Shown here: positions 38,262 to 47,896 of the stretch, in pieces | Layout: the number at the start of each line of letters is the position of its first letter | Numbering within the stretch: the first letter of the stretch is position 1 | Assembly: GCA_016873095.1 (NCBI GenBank) | Contig: VGYC01000030.1 | Coordinates: 1 to 48,977, forward strand | Source of the DNA: Planctomycetota bacterium | GTDB taxonomy: Bacteria; Planctomycetota; Planctomycetia; Gemmatales; Gemmataceae | Direction of reading: 5' to 3' | DNA length: 48,977 nucleotides | Notes under the pieces: model-generated | Seen by the model: only the letters and a program-made list of their open reading frames with translations | The model's database searches: none | Told to the model about the DNA's origin: nothing | Program-made: the position numbers and the translations under genes

Positions 38262-40712
38262 TCATTGCAGCGCCGGTGGACGCGTGGCAGGCGGATTCGC
38301 GAGGGCGTCGAGCCTGTTGCTGGCCTGGCGAAGCCAGCGCAGCCATTGCTCATGGCTGGTGCGGTCGGGGCCCTTGAAGGCGGCGTGTTCCGGCCCCATT
38401 TTGTCGACGTCCTCCAGGGTTTTCTGGATGGCGTCGCGTGCCGCGTCCATGGCAGCCTTGGCGTGTTCGGGGCTCAAATACATCACGCTGGCGCACGACC
38501 AGATCAAGTTGCAGGCCAGCAAGCCCTCCGGCTCGCCACGATACCTGTCAAGCAGAATACGATAACGGCGCAGCGCCTCGGGCATCTCGTTGAGATCCTT
38601 GCGCAGATCGGCGACAGCGAATGAGGATTTTCGATACAGCGCTTGTTCTTCGGGCGTGAGCGGTGCATCGGGCTTGGCCTTGCGCCCCAGATCGTCGGCC
38701 AGGTCCTGGTAAACCCGGCAAGCCTCCTCCAGCAAGTTTTGCCGGTTGGTTGTCAGGTATCTCTTGCTTTCAGGGGTGAGCGTGCCTTTGAGCTTCTTGT
38801 CCACATCCAGCGCCAGCTGGCGGTAGCATGCGCCCAGATGATCGCGCGCCACGCGTGCCTTGGGATCGTTGGGATACTGGCGGATCGCCTCTTTCAACTG
38901 CAAGCTGGCCTGGTCGTAATTCTTGCGCTCGTAGAGGAGCTTGGCGCACTCGTAAAGCGACTTGCCGTGCGCCTCGCGATCGATGGACGGCCCGGTGACA
39001 GTCAAGTTTTGCTTGAGGATGCTCTCCGCCTGCTCCGGATTTCCTTCCTGGATGGCATCCACTGCCAGCTGATAGCGGGCACGATAGGCGAACGGCGTGT
39101 TGGGGAATTCAATGCACTTGTAGAAGGCTTGCCGGGCCTGCTCCTTCTGCCCGGTGACCAGCAGCGCATCGGCCAGGGCCAGCCAGCCTTCTGCCCAGAC
39201 TTCCTCGGTATTGTGGATCAGCACGAAGCGGCGAAGCAGACTGATCGCCAGCGGGACATCCTTTGCCAGCAGGTAGCACTTAGCGCTTTTCCACAACAGC
39301 GGCGGCTGCTCGTCGAGCGGCCGGGCGTCGGCAGCTTGCTCGTACGCTTGCGCCGCCCGCACGTATTTCTCGTGGATCTTGGTAGTGGCCTCGTCGATCT
39401 GCGCCGGCGTGCCCATGGCAGCCGTGGCTTCAATATCCTTGGCCCAGGCCTTGTCCGTCTGACCGAGTTTCTCCTCGGCCACACCGCGGTCGGCAATCTT
39501 GCGATAGAGCGTCGCCACCTGCTCCGCGCTGGCGAACTGCTTGCGCTCGTGGAAGTCGTTCCATGATTTCTCGATGATTTTCCGGGCGTCGGCCAACGAG
39601 ACCAGTCCATTGTGGTAGTCAGCCGGGCGCTGGACCGTGGCCAGAGCGGCCGTGAATTCGCTCACCACTTGCTCGCGCTGAGCACCACCGGCGGACATGA
39701 GCAGGCTGCCCAGAAGCAGCCCGGAGGCCTGTCCTTCCTCGCCGCCCAGCTTGCCGACGGCGCGCCAGTTCTCCTGCGCCTCAACGATCTGTTGCGGCTC
39801 GGCATTGGCGTAGCAGCGGCCCAGACAAAAGAGAATGCGGCCCCGGCCGCTGTGCGTGTCGCCGTACTCCGCCAGCAATTCCTTGTAAAGTGGAATGGCC
39901 TGGTTCCACAGACCTTCGTCCTCACAGCAGCGTGCCTGTAGCCGGCGCGCTTTCAAGCGCACGTCGCGCGGTGCGTGCGTGCCGATTGCTTCCAGTTCCT
40001 TGATGGCGTCGATGCGCCGGCCCTTGCGAAAGAGCAGCTCACCGCGCACCAGCCGCGCCCTGTGCAACTCGACTTCATCCTCGATGTAGAGAAGCTGCTT
40101 CTGGTTAGCGGCCAGGGCGGCATCAAGGTCTACCTTGGGCATCGACATGTAAAGCTTGACGAGCATGCTGTAGCCGCGCGCAGGCTCGTCGGTCCCCGCC
40201 TCGACACCCTTCTTGAGATAGTCGATGGCTTGTTCCGGATCGGTCCCCTTCTGGAAGAACGCCGCCCCGAGGCGGTAATGGAGCCCGGGCCGATCCTCCT
40301 CGGCAACACCGCTGGCCAGCGCGGTTTGCAGATGTGTCGTGGCTTTCTGGTGCAGGGCGGCGGCATCGTCCGGCGGCGCCTGCTCGGCCAGACGCTGACA
40401 CAGCCAGCCGGCCAGGAAGTGTGCCTGCCCTACCTTGTGTGACGAGTAGTTGACGGACCGCTTCAACAGATCTTCGGCCAGCGGCAGCTGCTCGTTCAAG
40501 CGGATTCCGGGTTGCTTCAAGGCCTGGCGTAGCTGCTCCAGGGCATCGTCAAATTCCTGCTGGGAGTAGTCACGGCGCAGGGGCGACGTGGCGGCCACCA
40601 GCGCCAGTGCCAGGAGCCCCACAAGGAATGTCGGCACCTGCCAGAGTTGCCCCAGCGTCCGGCTGGCCCGGCCGACACGGCTTGCGCTCAATCTGCTTTC
40701 CCCCGCGCTCAT
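38262..40712 (-). CDS. large tetratricopeptide-repeat protein with an N-terminal membrane anchor
   Basis: Many TPR-like helical pairs. N-terminal hydrophobic segment TFLVGLLALALVAA. Confidence 0.7.
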   Translation of the reverse strand: MSAGESRLSASRVGRASRTLGQLWQVPTFLVGLLALALVAATSPLRRDYSQQEFDDALEQLRQALKQPGIRLNEQLPLAEDLLKRSVNYSSHKVGQAHFLAGWLCQRLAEQAPPDDAAALHQKATTHLQTALASGVAEEDRPGLHYRLGAAFFQKGTDPEQAIDYLKKGVEAGTDEPARGYSMLVKLYMSMPKVDLDAALAANQKQLLYIEDEVELHRARLVRGELLFRKGRRIDAIKELEAIGTHAPRDVRLKARRLQARCCEDEGLWNQAIPLYKELLAEYGDTHSGRGRILFCLGRCYANAEPQQIVEAQENWRAVGKLGGEEGQASGLLLGSLLMSAGGAQREQVVSEFTAALATVQRPADYHNGLVSLADARKIIEKSWNDFHERKQFASAEQVATLYRKIADRGVAEEKLGQTDKAWAKDIEATAAMGTPAQIDEATTKIHEKYVRAAQAYEQAADARPLDEQPPLLWKSAKCYLLAKDVPLAISLLRRFVLIHNTEEVWAEGWLALADALLVTGQKEQARQAFYKCIEFPNTPFAYRARYQLAVDAIQEGNPEQAESILKQNLTVTGPSIDREAHGKSLYECAKLLYERKNYDQASLQLKEAIRQYPNDPKARVARDHLGACYRQLALDVDKKLKGTLTPESKRYLTTNRQNLLEEACRVYQDLADDLGRKAKPDAPLTPEEQALYRKSSFAVADLRKDLNEMPEALRRYRILLDRYRGEPEGLLACNLIWSCASVMYLSPEHAKAAMDAARDAIQKTLEDVDKMGPEHAAFKGPDRTSHEQWLRWLRQASNRLDALANPPATRPPALQ

Positions 40713-40929
40713 GTCGATCCCCTACCCCCGAGCATCCGTGCCGGCGTACACGGCCGAACCGGTTCCTCTCACCCGCGGAACCCGCTGGCCAATGCTCCTA
40801 CTCTTTGCGACAATGGGGGCGTGCTTCTGGCAGAAACTCAACAGCGCGTCAAGGCCAGAATGCGGACTTTGAGCATTGAAGAAACTTGTCCGGTCGATCC
40901 AGCTTCCCCACTTTCGAGAAGCAACCCTG

Positions 40930-41721
40930 ATGACAAGAATGCGTCCCGCCTGGACATTTCCGGCCGGCGTCGATCGCCGGCTGTCGAGCTATTTTGACGA
41001 TCCAGAAGTGGCACGCGGCTACGATGACAGCCTCGACCATTCACACCTGGCACACGTCGATCTCGAATTTGTGGCCCGGCGTTGTCCGCCGCCAGGACGG
41101 CTTCTCGACCTCGGTTGCGGCACGGGTCGACTGCTCGTTGCCATGGCGCGGCACGGCCTGGCGCCGGTAGGCGTAGACCTCGCCGAAGAGATGTTGCGTA
41201 TCGCCGGGGCCAAGGCGAGCGCGACCGGCGTGAAAGTTCAGCGACTCAAGGCCAACATCGCCGAACTGGCTTGCCTGGACGATGGCGTCTTCGATTATGC
41301 GGCATGCCTGTTCAGCACGCTTGGCATGGTGTGCGGCGACGAGGCGCGGCGACAAGTCATCGGCCATGCGTTCCGTCTGCTGCGGCCAGGCGGGACCTTG
41401 ATCCTGCACGTCCACAACTACTGGTTCAACCTGTGGACTCCCGGCTTGCGCGGCTGGCTGCTGCGCGACTGGCTCCGCTCATGGTTCGGCAGGCCGCGCG
41501 GCGACTGTCCCATGCCGGCGCACCCGCCGTTCCCCGCTTTCACATTGCATCTGTTCACGCGCCGCGAGATTGTCAACCTGCTGCGCGGCGTCGGTTTTGG
41601 CGTCAAGGAGATCATGCCGCTGAGCCTGCGGCCGGATGGCAAGCTTGCATGGCGAGCGATTCTGCCTGGAGTTCGCGCGTACGGATTTCTGATTGCAGCG
41701 ACGAGGTTGCCGCCCTTGTAG
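40930..41721 (+). CDS. class I SAM-dependent methyltransferase
   Basis: LLDLGCGTGRLL motif I and LRPGGTLIL motif. Confidence 0.7.
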   Translation: MTRMRPAWTFPAGVDRRLSSYFDDPEVARGYDDSLDHSHLAHVDLEFVARRCPPPGRLLDLGCGTGRLLVAMARHGLAPVGVDLAEEMLRIAGAKASATGVKVQRLKANIAELACLDDGVFDYAACLFSTLGMVCGDEARRQVIGHAFRLLRPGGTLILHVHNYWFNLWTPGLRGWLLRDWLRSWFGRPRGDCPMPAHPPFPAFTLHLFTRREIVNLLRGVGFGVKEIMPLSLRPDGKLAWRAILPGVRAYGFLIAATRLPPL

Positions 41722-41741
41722 CAGGAAATCTTGATGCCGTG

Positions 41742-43007
41742 CTACGCTGTTTCCAGTCCGCGCAGTGTCCCGGTGCTGGAGCCAAAACGCTCGGCCTCGA
41801 TGCCGAGACGCTGCAGCATGCTGACGTAGAGGTTGCACAGCGGCGGCGGACTGTTCGGGTTGAACGCGAGGTGCTGGCCGTGGCGAAAGCCGCCGCCGGC
41901 AAAGATCACCGGGAGATTGCGCGTCGAGTGGCTGCTCGCATTGCCCAGGTTGCTGCTGAAGAACACCATGGTGCGGTCGAGGAGGGTTTCGCCCTGCTCG
42001 CGCGTCTCTTTCAGCTTGGCCAGGAAGGCGCGGAACGTGCGTAGTTTTTCCAGCTCGACGGTGCGAAGCTGGGCGATCTTGCCCGCATCCTGACCATGAT
42101 GCGACAGGTCGTGATGACCCAGGGACACGCCCTGGATCGGCGGCACGTTGCTGGTGCCCAGCAGCAGCAGCGTGATGAGTCGCGTCGAGTCGGTTTGCAA
42201 GGCAAGATGAATGAGGTCGAACATGAGACGCGCCCGGCCGACCAGGTCGGCGCCGTTCGTGGCATCTCGCGGCGGCTCGACATTGACGCGTGGCAGCGGC
42301 CGGCGCGACCATTCCTCCGACCGGGCCAGGCCGCGCTCCAGCTCGCGGACGCTGCTGAAGTACTCATCGAGCTTGCCGCGATCGGCGGTGCCGAGGCTCG
42401 GCCTCAGACCGCGCGCCTGGGCGCCGACGGCATCAAGGATGCTCCGGCCGTCGCGCAGCCGCCGTTCCTGCGCCTGTACTTCCTCCGGCCGGCCTGCGAG
42501 GAACAGCCGCCTAAACACGCTGGATGGCGATGTGTCCGACGGCACGATGGCGCCGCTGCGCGTCCAAGACAGGCTGAAGCCCTCGCTCGACAGCACCAGG
42601 CTGGGAAATCGTGTCTCGCCGCCGATACGCTCGGCCGCGAATTGGTCCAGCGAGATGCTGTTGCGAAAACCGGCGCGGATCTCCGGGTGCGGCGCGGCTG
42701 TCAAGAAACTGAAGATTGAGTCGTGGCTGGAGCCGACCTCCGGATGCGCCAGCCCCGACATGATCGTGAAATCGTTTCGAAACTCGCGGAGCACGTCCAG
42801 GTACGGCGTCAGCGGATAATCGCGGCCCGCACGCTCCGGGAACAGGAAGGGCGTGTGAAAACCAAGCGGCGTGCAGATGCACACCATGCGCCGCGGCGGC
42901 CGCGCCGCCGGCGCTTGCGCCAGCGCATCAAGCCAGGGAAGAGCCAGCGAGACGCCAGTAGCACGCAGAAAATGGCGGCGGTCAAGGTTCATGAGGAAAT
43001 CCCCCAA
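41742..43007 (-). CDS. DUF1501 domain protein (second copy, Tat signal)
   Basis: RRHFLRATGVSLALPWL Tat motif. Paralogous to the gene at 9306-10724. Confidence 0.85.
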   Translation of the reverse strand: MGDFLMNLDRRHFLRATGVSLALPWLDALAQAPAARPPRRMVCICTPLGFHTPFLFPERAGRDYPLTPYLDVLREFRNDFTIMSGLAHPEVGSSHDSIFSFLTAAPHPEIRAGFRNSISLDQFAAERIGGETRFPSLVLSSEGFSLSWTRSGAIVPSDTSPSSVFRRLFLAGRPEEVQAQERRLRDGRSILDAVGAQARGLRPSLGTADRGKLDEYFSSVRELERGLARSEEWSRRPLPRVNVEPPRDATNGADLVGRARLMFDLIHLALQTDSTRLITLLLLGTSNVPPIQGVSLGHHDLSHHGQDAGKIAQLRTVELEKLRTFRAFLAKLKETREQGETLLDRTMVFFSSNLGNASSHSTRNLPVIFAGGGFRHGQHLAFNPNSPPPLCNLYVSMLQRLGIEAERFGSSTGTLRGLETA

Positions 43008-43198
43008 GCGGCCGAAGCATCCCGCGATTGCTCAGATTCAGTGATTCCTTGATGTATTGTGGTCAATGCGCATGCCAGATGCAAGCATTTCCTGTAACAA
43101 GGCAAGTCCGGCATTTCATTCAAGCTTCGCGGCTGGTGATGCCGATGATATTCACACATTCCGTCGCGTCGGTGGACGACATCTCGGAGCCTGTCGGC

Positions 43199-44143
43199 AT
43201 GAAAGCGAAGGCCGCGCAACTGCATGTGGAAACGCTCGAGGATCGCCTCGCGCCTGCCACGTCGCTGTTGACGGCGACGATGACCAAGCCGGCGCTGCCG
43301 CCGGGGACCATCGGCATCGACCAGGCCCTGCCGGCGAGGTTGCCAGGCCACGCCAGACCGCGTGGATTCATCTTCAACGGTCTTGGGCCGATGCAGATTA
43401 GCCCGGCTGCCGCGCTGGTCGTGATGGCAGCGCTTCCGGCCCCCAGGACCATCCATTTGCCGCAACAGGCGCGAGCCATCGACCCGGGGACCGGCGGCGG
43501 GCAAGACCTTGCGTCGCTCTCGCACCCTCACGATGCGAGTTCGATTATCCATACTTCCTTCTGGCAGGCCATCGGGCTTGACGCGCCTGGTGCGGATGAT
43601 GCCTGGCTCGGGGAACTGATTCGCGTCAAGCAGACCGGCGTGTCGCCATCGACGAACTCGACGCCGCAAGCGCCCCCGAAGAACGCGCCCGGCGAATGGA
43701 TCGCGCCGGAGTCCGGGCCGTACGAAGAAAGCACTCAGCAAACACCGCCGCAGGAGAGTGTGCCCCCGACGAACGACGAGTTCATCAGTCCGGCCGCGCA
43801 GGCGCAGATTGTCTGCCGGCTGGCGATGCAAGCACGGCCCGGCTACCTGATCGCCATCGTGCTGTTGCTTGGCTGGACGGCGTGTGAAATCGACCAGCGC
43901 CACCGAGAAGGCCGTTCGGGGCGGCTGATGCCGGCTCGCCGGCTGCCTGGACAGTGTCATCCGGGCAAGCATCCCGAGCTTCGACCCTGGCCAGCGCGAG
44001 CGCCGCCGACAGCGGAGCCGGTGCAGAAACGCAAGGGCAGACCGAGAGGTCTGCCTTGTTCATTGCAAACCACGGCTGGCTGCCGGCAGCAACCAGGGCG
44101 ACAATTTGGTGAGATGATCGCCTGTCGTCGCCGTCGATTCTAA
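43199..44143 (+). CDS. hypothetical Pro-rich protein with an N-terminal ...VETLEDRLAP... motif and a C-terminal TM helix plus basic tail
   Basis: Very high GC3 in this frame up to about 43900. The LEDRxxP N-terminal motif recurs in planctomycete secreted proteins. GC3 falls in the last roughly 250 nt, so the true 3' end is uncertain. Confidence 0.45.
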   Translation: MKAKAAQLHVETLEDRLAPATSLLTATMTKPALPPGTIGIDQALPARLPGHARPRGFIFNGLGPMQISPAAALVVMAALPAPRTIHLPQQARAIDPGTGGGQDLASLSHPHDASSIIHTSFWQAIGLDAPGADDAWLGELIRVKQTGVSPSTNSTPQAPPKNAPGEWIAPESGPYEESTQQTPPQESVPPTNDEFISPAAQAQIVCRLAMQARPGYLIAIVLLLGWTACEIDQRHREGRSGRLMPARRLPGQCHPGKHPELRPWPARAPPTAEPVQKRKGRPRGLPCSLQTTAGCRQQPGRQFGEMIACRRRRF

Positions 44144-44245
44144 TGAGCCATTCATCGACTCGCGGGTAAGCTGTTTCGTGGCTGCACTGCCTTGAGCGGC
44201 AGTCGCCGATCGTACGCAGGACAACCCGGAACCGAGAGGGGCCGC

Positions 44246-46075
44246 ATGACCATGAACGCCAAGCGCATGGGGTTGTCGCCACGTCTGCTTTGCTGTGTCC
44301 TTGCGGGCGTGGTATTGACCTTTCTTTTCCTGGGGAAGGGCAGGCATCCGGAAAAGGAGAACGATCACATTGCCGGATTCAAAGACGTGGCCGAGCAAGC
44401 AGGCATCAACTTCCGCATGCGCTTCCTGCCGCTCGAACCGGGGGAGAACTTCAAGGGCAACCTGTACGATCACGGCAGCGGCCTCGCCGTGGGCGACTTC
44501 GACGGCGACGGCTTCGACGACATCTATTTTCTCAACCAGCTGGGGCAGAATGCACTGTACCGGAACCAGGGTGACGGCACCTTCATCGACGTCACCCGGC
44601 AGGCCGGCGTCGGCATGGGTGACCGGATCTGCGTCAGCGCGACCTGGGCAGACTACGACAATGACGGCCATGCCGACCTCTTCGTCACCAGCACGCGCGG
44701 CGGCAACGTCTTGTTCCGCAATCAAGGCGACGGCACCTTCAAGGATGTCACCAAGCAAGCCGGCGTCCACCATGTGGGTCATTCTCAGATTGCGGTGTTC
44801 TTCGATCACGACAACGACGGACATCTCGATCTGCTCGTGACCCACACCGCCAAATGGACCATGGACGATTTCAATGCCGACAGCAGGTACTATCCCGGCT
44901 TGAACGAGTTCTGGGACCTTGCGGGCCGCGCCAGAGAGTACAACATCCTGTACCGCAACAATGGCGACGGTACATTCAGCGACTTGACGGACAGGTCTGG
45001 CCTCAAGGGCAAAGGCTGGGCCAGCGACGTTGCCGTGTTCGACTTCGACCAGGATGGTTTTCTGGACGTCCTGGTCACCAACATGTTCGGCCGCAGCCAG
45101 CTATATCGCAATGACGGCAAGGGCGCATTCATGGACGTCACCGAGGACACGCTCAGGCGCACTTCCTGGGGCGCGGCCGGTTGCAAGGTCTTTGACTTCA
45201 ACAACGACGGCAAGCTGGACCTGTACATCGTCGACATGCACTCGGACATGTGGATGCCGCATCATGCCTCGCCCGAGATGATCGCCATGATCGACGAATC
45301 CGCCAGATATCCGCTGGTCATGGGCCTGGCCAACAGGTATCGGACGCACGATGAAAAGAAGTTCGCGGACCTGTTTCAGATCCGCTATGGCGAGGTGATC
45401 TTCGGCAACACGTTTTTCAAGAACCTGGGGGGAGGCAAGTTCACGGAGACCGCTTCCAGGGTCGGCCTCGAAACCTGGTGGCCCTGGGGCATTGCCTGCG
45501 GCGATTTCGACAACGACGGCTTCGAGGATGTCTTCGTGGCGGCCGGCATGGGCTATCCCTACTTCTACTGGCCCAACTCCTTGCTCGTCAACAACGGCGA
45601 TGAGACGTTCAGCAACCGCGCCAGGGAACTGGGCATCGAGCCGCCGGCGCTGGGGGAATACTTGCCCCAGCGCATCGGCGGCAGGCCGGCGGTCCGCAGC
45701 TCGCGAGCCTGCGCTGTTGCCGACTTCGACGGCGACGGCCGCCTTGAGATCGTCACCAACAACTTCAATGACCGGCCATACTACTTCAAGAACAACCTGC
45801 CGCGCAAGAACCACGTCGCCTTCAGGCTGCGCGGAACGACAAGCAATCGCGACGCCACCGGGGCCACTGTCCGCCTCTTTGCCGGCAATCAGATGATGAC
45901 CCGTCTGCTGCAGCCGACCGGCGGCTACCTGTCGCAATCCTCCAGGACCATTCACTTCGGTCTGGGCAATCACACCAGCATCGATCGCATCGAGATTGAC
46001 TGGCCAAGCGGCAAGCAGCAGATCCTGCGCACGGTGGAAATCAACAAGACACATGCCGTAACCGAACCCTCTTGA
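44246..46075 (+). CDS. FG-GAP/ASPIC-UnbV (CRTAC1-like) repeat protein
   Basis: Repeated GDFDGDGFDD.., NDGDGTF and YRNQGDGTF motifs, an N-terminal signal anchor, and an UnbV_ASPIC-like C-terminus. Confidence 0.8.
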   Translation: MTMNAKRMGLSPRLLCCVLAGVVLTFLFLGKGRHPEKENDHIAGFKDVAEQAGINFRMRFLPLEPGENFKGNLYDHGSGLAVGDFDGDGFDDIYFLNQLGQNALYRNQGDGTFIDVTRQAGVGMGDRICVSATWADYDNDGHADLFVTSTRGGNVLFRNQGDGTFKDVTKQAGVHHVGHSQIAVFFDHDNDGHLDLLVTHTAKWTMDDFNADSRYYPGLNEFWDLAGRAREYNILYRNNGDGTFSDLTDRSGLKGKGWASDVAVFDFDQDGFLDVLVTNMFGRSQLYRNDGKGAFMDVTEDTLRRTSWGAAGCKVFDFNNDGKLDLYIVDMHSDMWMPHHASPEMIAMIDESARYPLVMGLANRYRTHDEKKFADLFQIRYGEVIFGNTFFKNLGGGKFTETASRVGLETWWPWGIACGDFDNDGFEDVFVAAGMGYPYFYWPNSLLVNNGDETFSNRARELGIEPPALGEYLPQRIGGRPAVRSSRACAVADFDGDGRLEIVTNNFNDRPYYFKNNLPRKNHVAFRLRGTTSNRDATGATVRLFAGNQMMTRLLQPTGGYLSQSSRTIHFGLGNHTSIDRIEIDWPSGKQQILRTVEINKTHAVTEPS

Positions 46076-46276
46076 TGTCCCGCCAGCTCGGTCGTGGAAT
46101 TGACGGCCAGCCAGCAACTTTTCCGCCACGCCGCCTCGGTCCGCGTGAACCTTTCCTTGTGCCTATCCGTCTTGCTTTTCATCGACAATGAAGCCGCCCC
46201 GACCGGCGGCGCACCGGCCCCGTCACGCGGTTGGCCTGGCGCGTTCCGCACACGGGTTTTGACGAAGGCGGTTGCG

Positions 46277-46348
46277 TTGTGGTTAGCTCAATGGCAGAGC
46301 ACCAGACCTTAACTCTGCAAGTTGCAGGTTCGAATCCTGTACCACCGA
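46277..46348 (+). tRNA. tRNA-like gene: canonical D-arm, T-arm (GGTTCGAATCC) and 3' acceptor, but mismatches at acceptor pairs 1-72 and 2-71, C33 and anticodon UUA. Either a degenerate tRNA (tRNA-Lys-like), a pseudogene, or a suppressor-type tRNA.
   Basis: Hand-folded. D-stem GCTC/GAGC with loop AATGGCA, anticodon stem CCAGA/TCTGC (4 bp), loop CCTTAAC, T-stem GCAGG/CCTGT, acceptor TTGTGGT/ACCACCG. Confidence 0.5.
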
Positions 46349-46654
46349 GCGAACGAGAGTTCGTTCACCCCGAACGCGTATGCGTTCTGACCACGGCCCG
46401 AGGGAGGCGGGCATCGGAAGGTCCGCCGCGAGGGGACGCAAGTTCTCGCGTGGCAACACGAGGCTCGGCCCAGCGGTGCGCGGATACCGCCGTCGCAGCC
46501 TCGGCAAGCCAGTAGATGAAAGCGCGGTTCCCGTGCGTCGCCCAGCGCACCACTCCGCCAACGCTGCACGCTTGCCGAGGCCACGACCGCTCAAGCGCCA
46601 CCCCGCCAAGACTCGTGCGACCGGAAGATGTCTCTGCTTCCCAAGGGTCTTTTT

Positions 46655-46723
46655 TTCAGTGTTCAGTGTTCAGTGCATCACGGAGAGCTCTTCCTGAAAA
46701 CTGAACACTGAAAACTGAAAACT
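46655..46723. repeat. inverted arrays of heptamer repeats (CAGTGTT x3 ... CTGAAAA/CTGAACA x4) flanking an 18-nt core, just upstream of the SPFH gene RBS (AGGAGG)
   Basis: tttttCAGTGTTCAGTGTTCAGTG-catcacggagagctcttc-CTGAAAACTGAACACTGAAAACTGAAAACTG. Confidence 0.65.
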
Positions 46724-46739
46724 GTTAGGAGGTGCGCCC

Positions 46740-47840
46740 ATGCTCAAGCTCATAAACATCCGTGAACGCCACGTTGGCCTGCTGTTCCGCGACGGCGAGT
46801 TCCGCGGTCTGCTCGAGCCGGGCCGGCACTGGATCGTCGATCCGCTCCGCCGGATCAAGGTCGAGATCGTCTCGCGCCGCGCGCCGTGGCTCGTCCACGA
46901 GCAGCTTGACGTCATCGTCAAGTCGGGCGTGCTCGACGGCAAGGCCCAGGTCGTGGACCTGAAGGACTACGAGCGCGCCCTGGTGTGGGTGGATGGCCGG
47001 TTCAGCCACGTGCTGCCGCCGGGCCTGTTCGCCTACTGGACGGCGTTCCGCGACGTGAAGATCGAGGTCGTGGACGCGCGGCCGGTGCGCTTCACGCACG
47101 CGGACCTGCCGGTCATCGCCAAGTCGGCGCTGGCCGAGCGCGTGCTCGAGGTGCACACGGTTCCGGCCGGCCACGTGGGCGCCTGGTTCCGTGACGGCGA
47201 CTTCGTCGAGACGCTGCCGGCCGGCCGGCATGCCTTCTGGAAGAGCATCGCCGATGTCAAGCTCGTGCCGCAGGACACGCGCGAGCTCAACCTCGACGTG
47301 GCCGGCCAGGAGATCATGACGGCCGACAAGGTCACGCTCCGCCTCAACGCCCTGGTCACGTACCGGGTCGTTGATGTGCGGCTGGCCCTGACGGTCGTGG
47401 ACGACGCCCGGCAGGCGCTGTACCGGGAAACGCAGCTTGTGCTGCGGGCCCTGGTCGGCGGCCGCGAGCTGGACGCGTTCCTCGGCGACAAGGACGGCAT
47501 CACGGCCGAGCTGGAGCAGGGTCTGCGCCAGCGCGTGTCGGCCTTCGGCGTGGAGGTCGTCAAGGTCGGCATCCGCGACGTCATCCTGCCGGGCGAGATG
47601 AAGGAGCTGCTCAACAAGGTCACGGAAGCCAAGAAGGCGGCCGAGGCCAACGTCATCTCGCGCCGCGAGGAGACGGCCGCCATCCGCAGCCAGGCCAACA
47701 CCGCCAAGCTGCTCCAGGACAACCCGACGCTCATGCGCCTGCGCGAGCTCGAGGTCCTGGAAAAGGTGGCGGCGAGCGCCAAGCTCAACGTTGTGCTCGG
47801 CGACAAGGGACTGACTGAGCGCATCGTGAACCTGCTGTAA
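46740..47840 (+). CDS. SPFH/band-7 (flotillin/stomatin-like) domain protein with duplicated N-terminal beta segments
   Basis: Two copies of a ...HVGxxFRDGxF..L.PGRH... segment, then an SPFH core and a coiled-coil (EAKKAAEANVISRREETAAIRSQ). Confidence 0.65.
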   Translation: MLKLINIRERHVGLLFRDGEFRGLLEPGRHWIVDPLRRIKVEIVSRRAPWLVHEQLDVIVKSGVLDGKAQVVDLKDYERALVWVDGRFSHVLPPGLFAYWTAFRDVKIEVVDARPVRFTHADLPVIAKSALAERVLEVHTVPAGHVGAWFRDGDFVETLPAGRHAFWKSIADVKLVPQDTRELNLDVAGQEIMTADKVTLRLNALVTYRVVDVRLALTVVDDARQALYRETQLVLRALVGGRELDAFLGDKDGITAELEQGLRQRVSAFGVEVVKVGIRDVILPGEMKELLNKVTEAKKAAEANVISRREETAAIRSQANTAKLLQDNPTLMRLRELEVLEKVAASAKLNVVLGDKGLTERIVNLL

Positions 47841-47848
47841 ATGAAGAA

Positions 47849-47888
47849 GCCTCGCGGTTTGGTGCGAGCCGGCCGCGAGGTTTTTTAT
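47849..47888 (+). terminator. rho-independent terminator after the SPFH gene
   Basis: CCTCGCGG...CCGCGAGG followed by TTTTTTATT. Confidence 0.75.
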
Positions 47889-47896
47889 TCGTTCAA

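Noticed and set aside
42989-43972. 327-aa minus-strand ORF overlapping the LEDR-motif gene
   Set aside because: Extremely Arg-rich with no domain. The plus-strand frame has much higher GC3 and a recognisable N-terminal motif.
46277-46348. Annotating the element as a canonical tRNA-Lys(UUU)
   Set aside because: The loop is CCUUAAC not CUUUUAA, and the first two acceptor pairs do not form. Left as tRNA-like with anticodon UUA pending a proper covariance-model scan.
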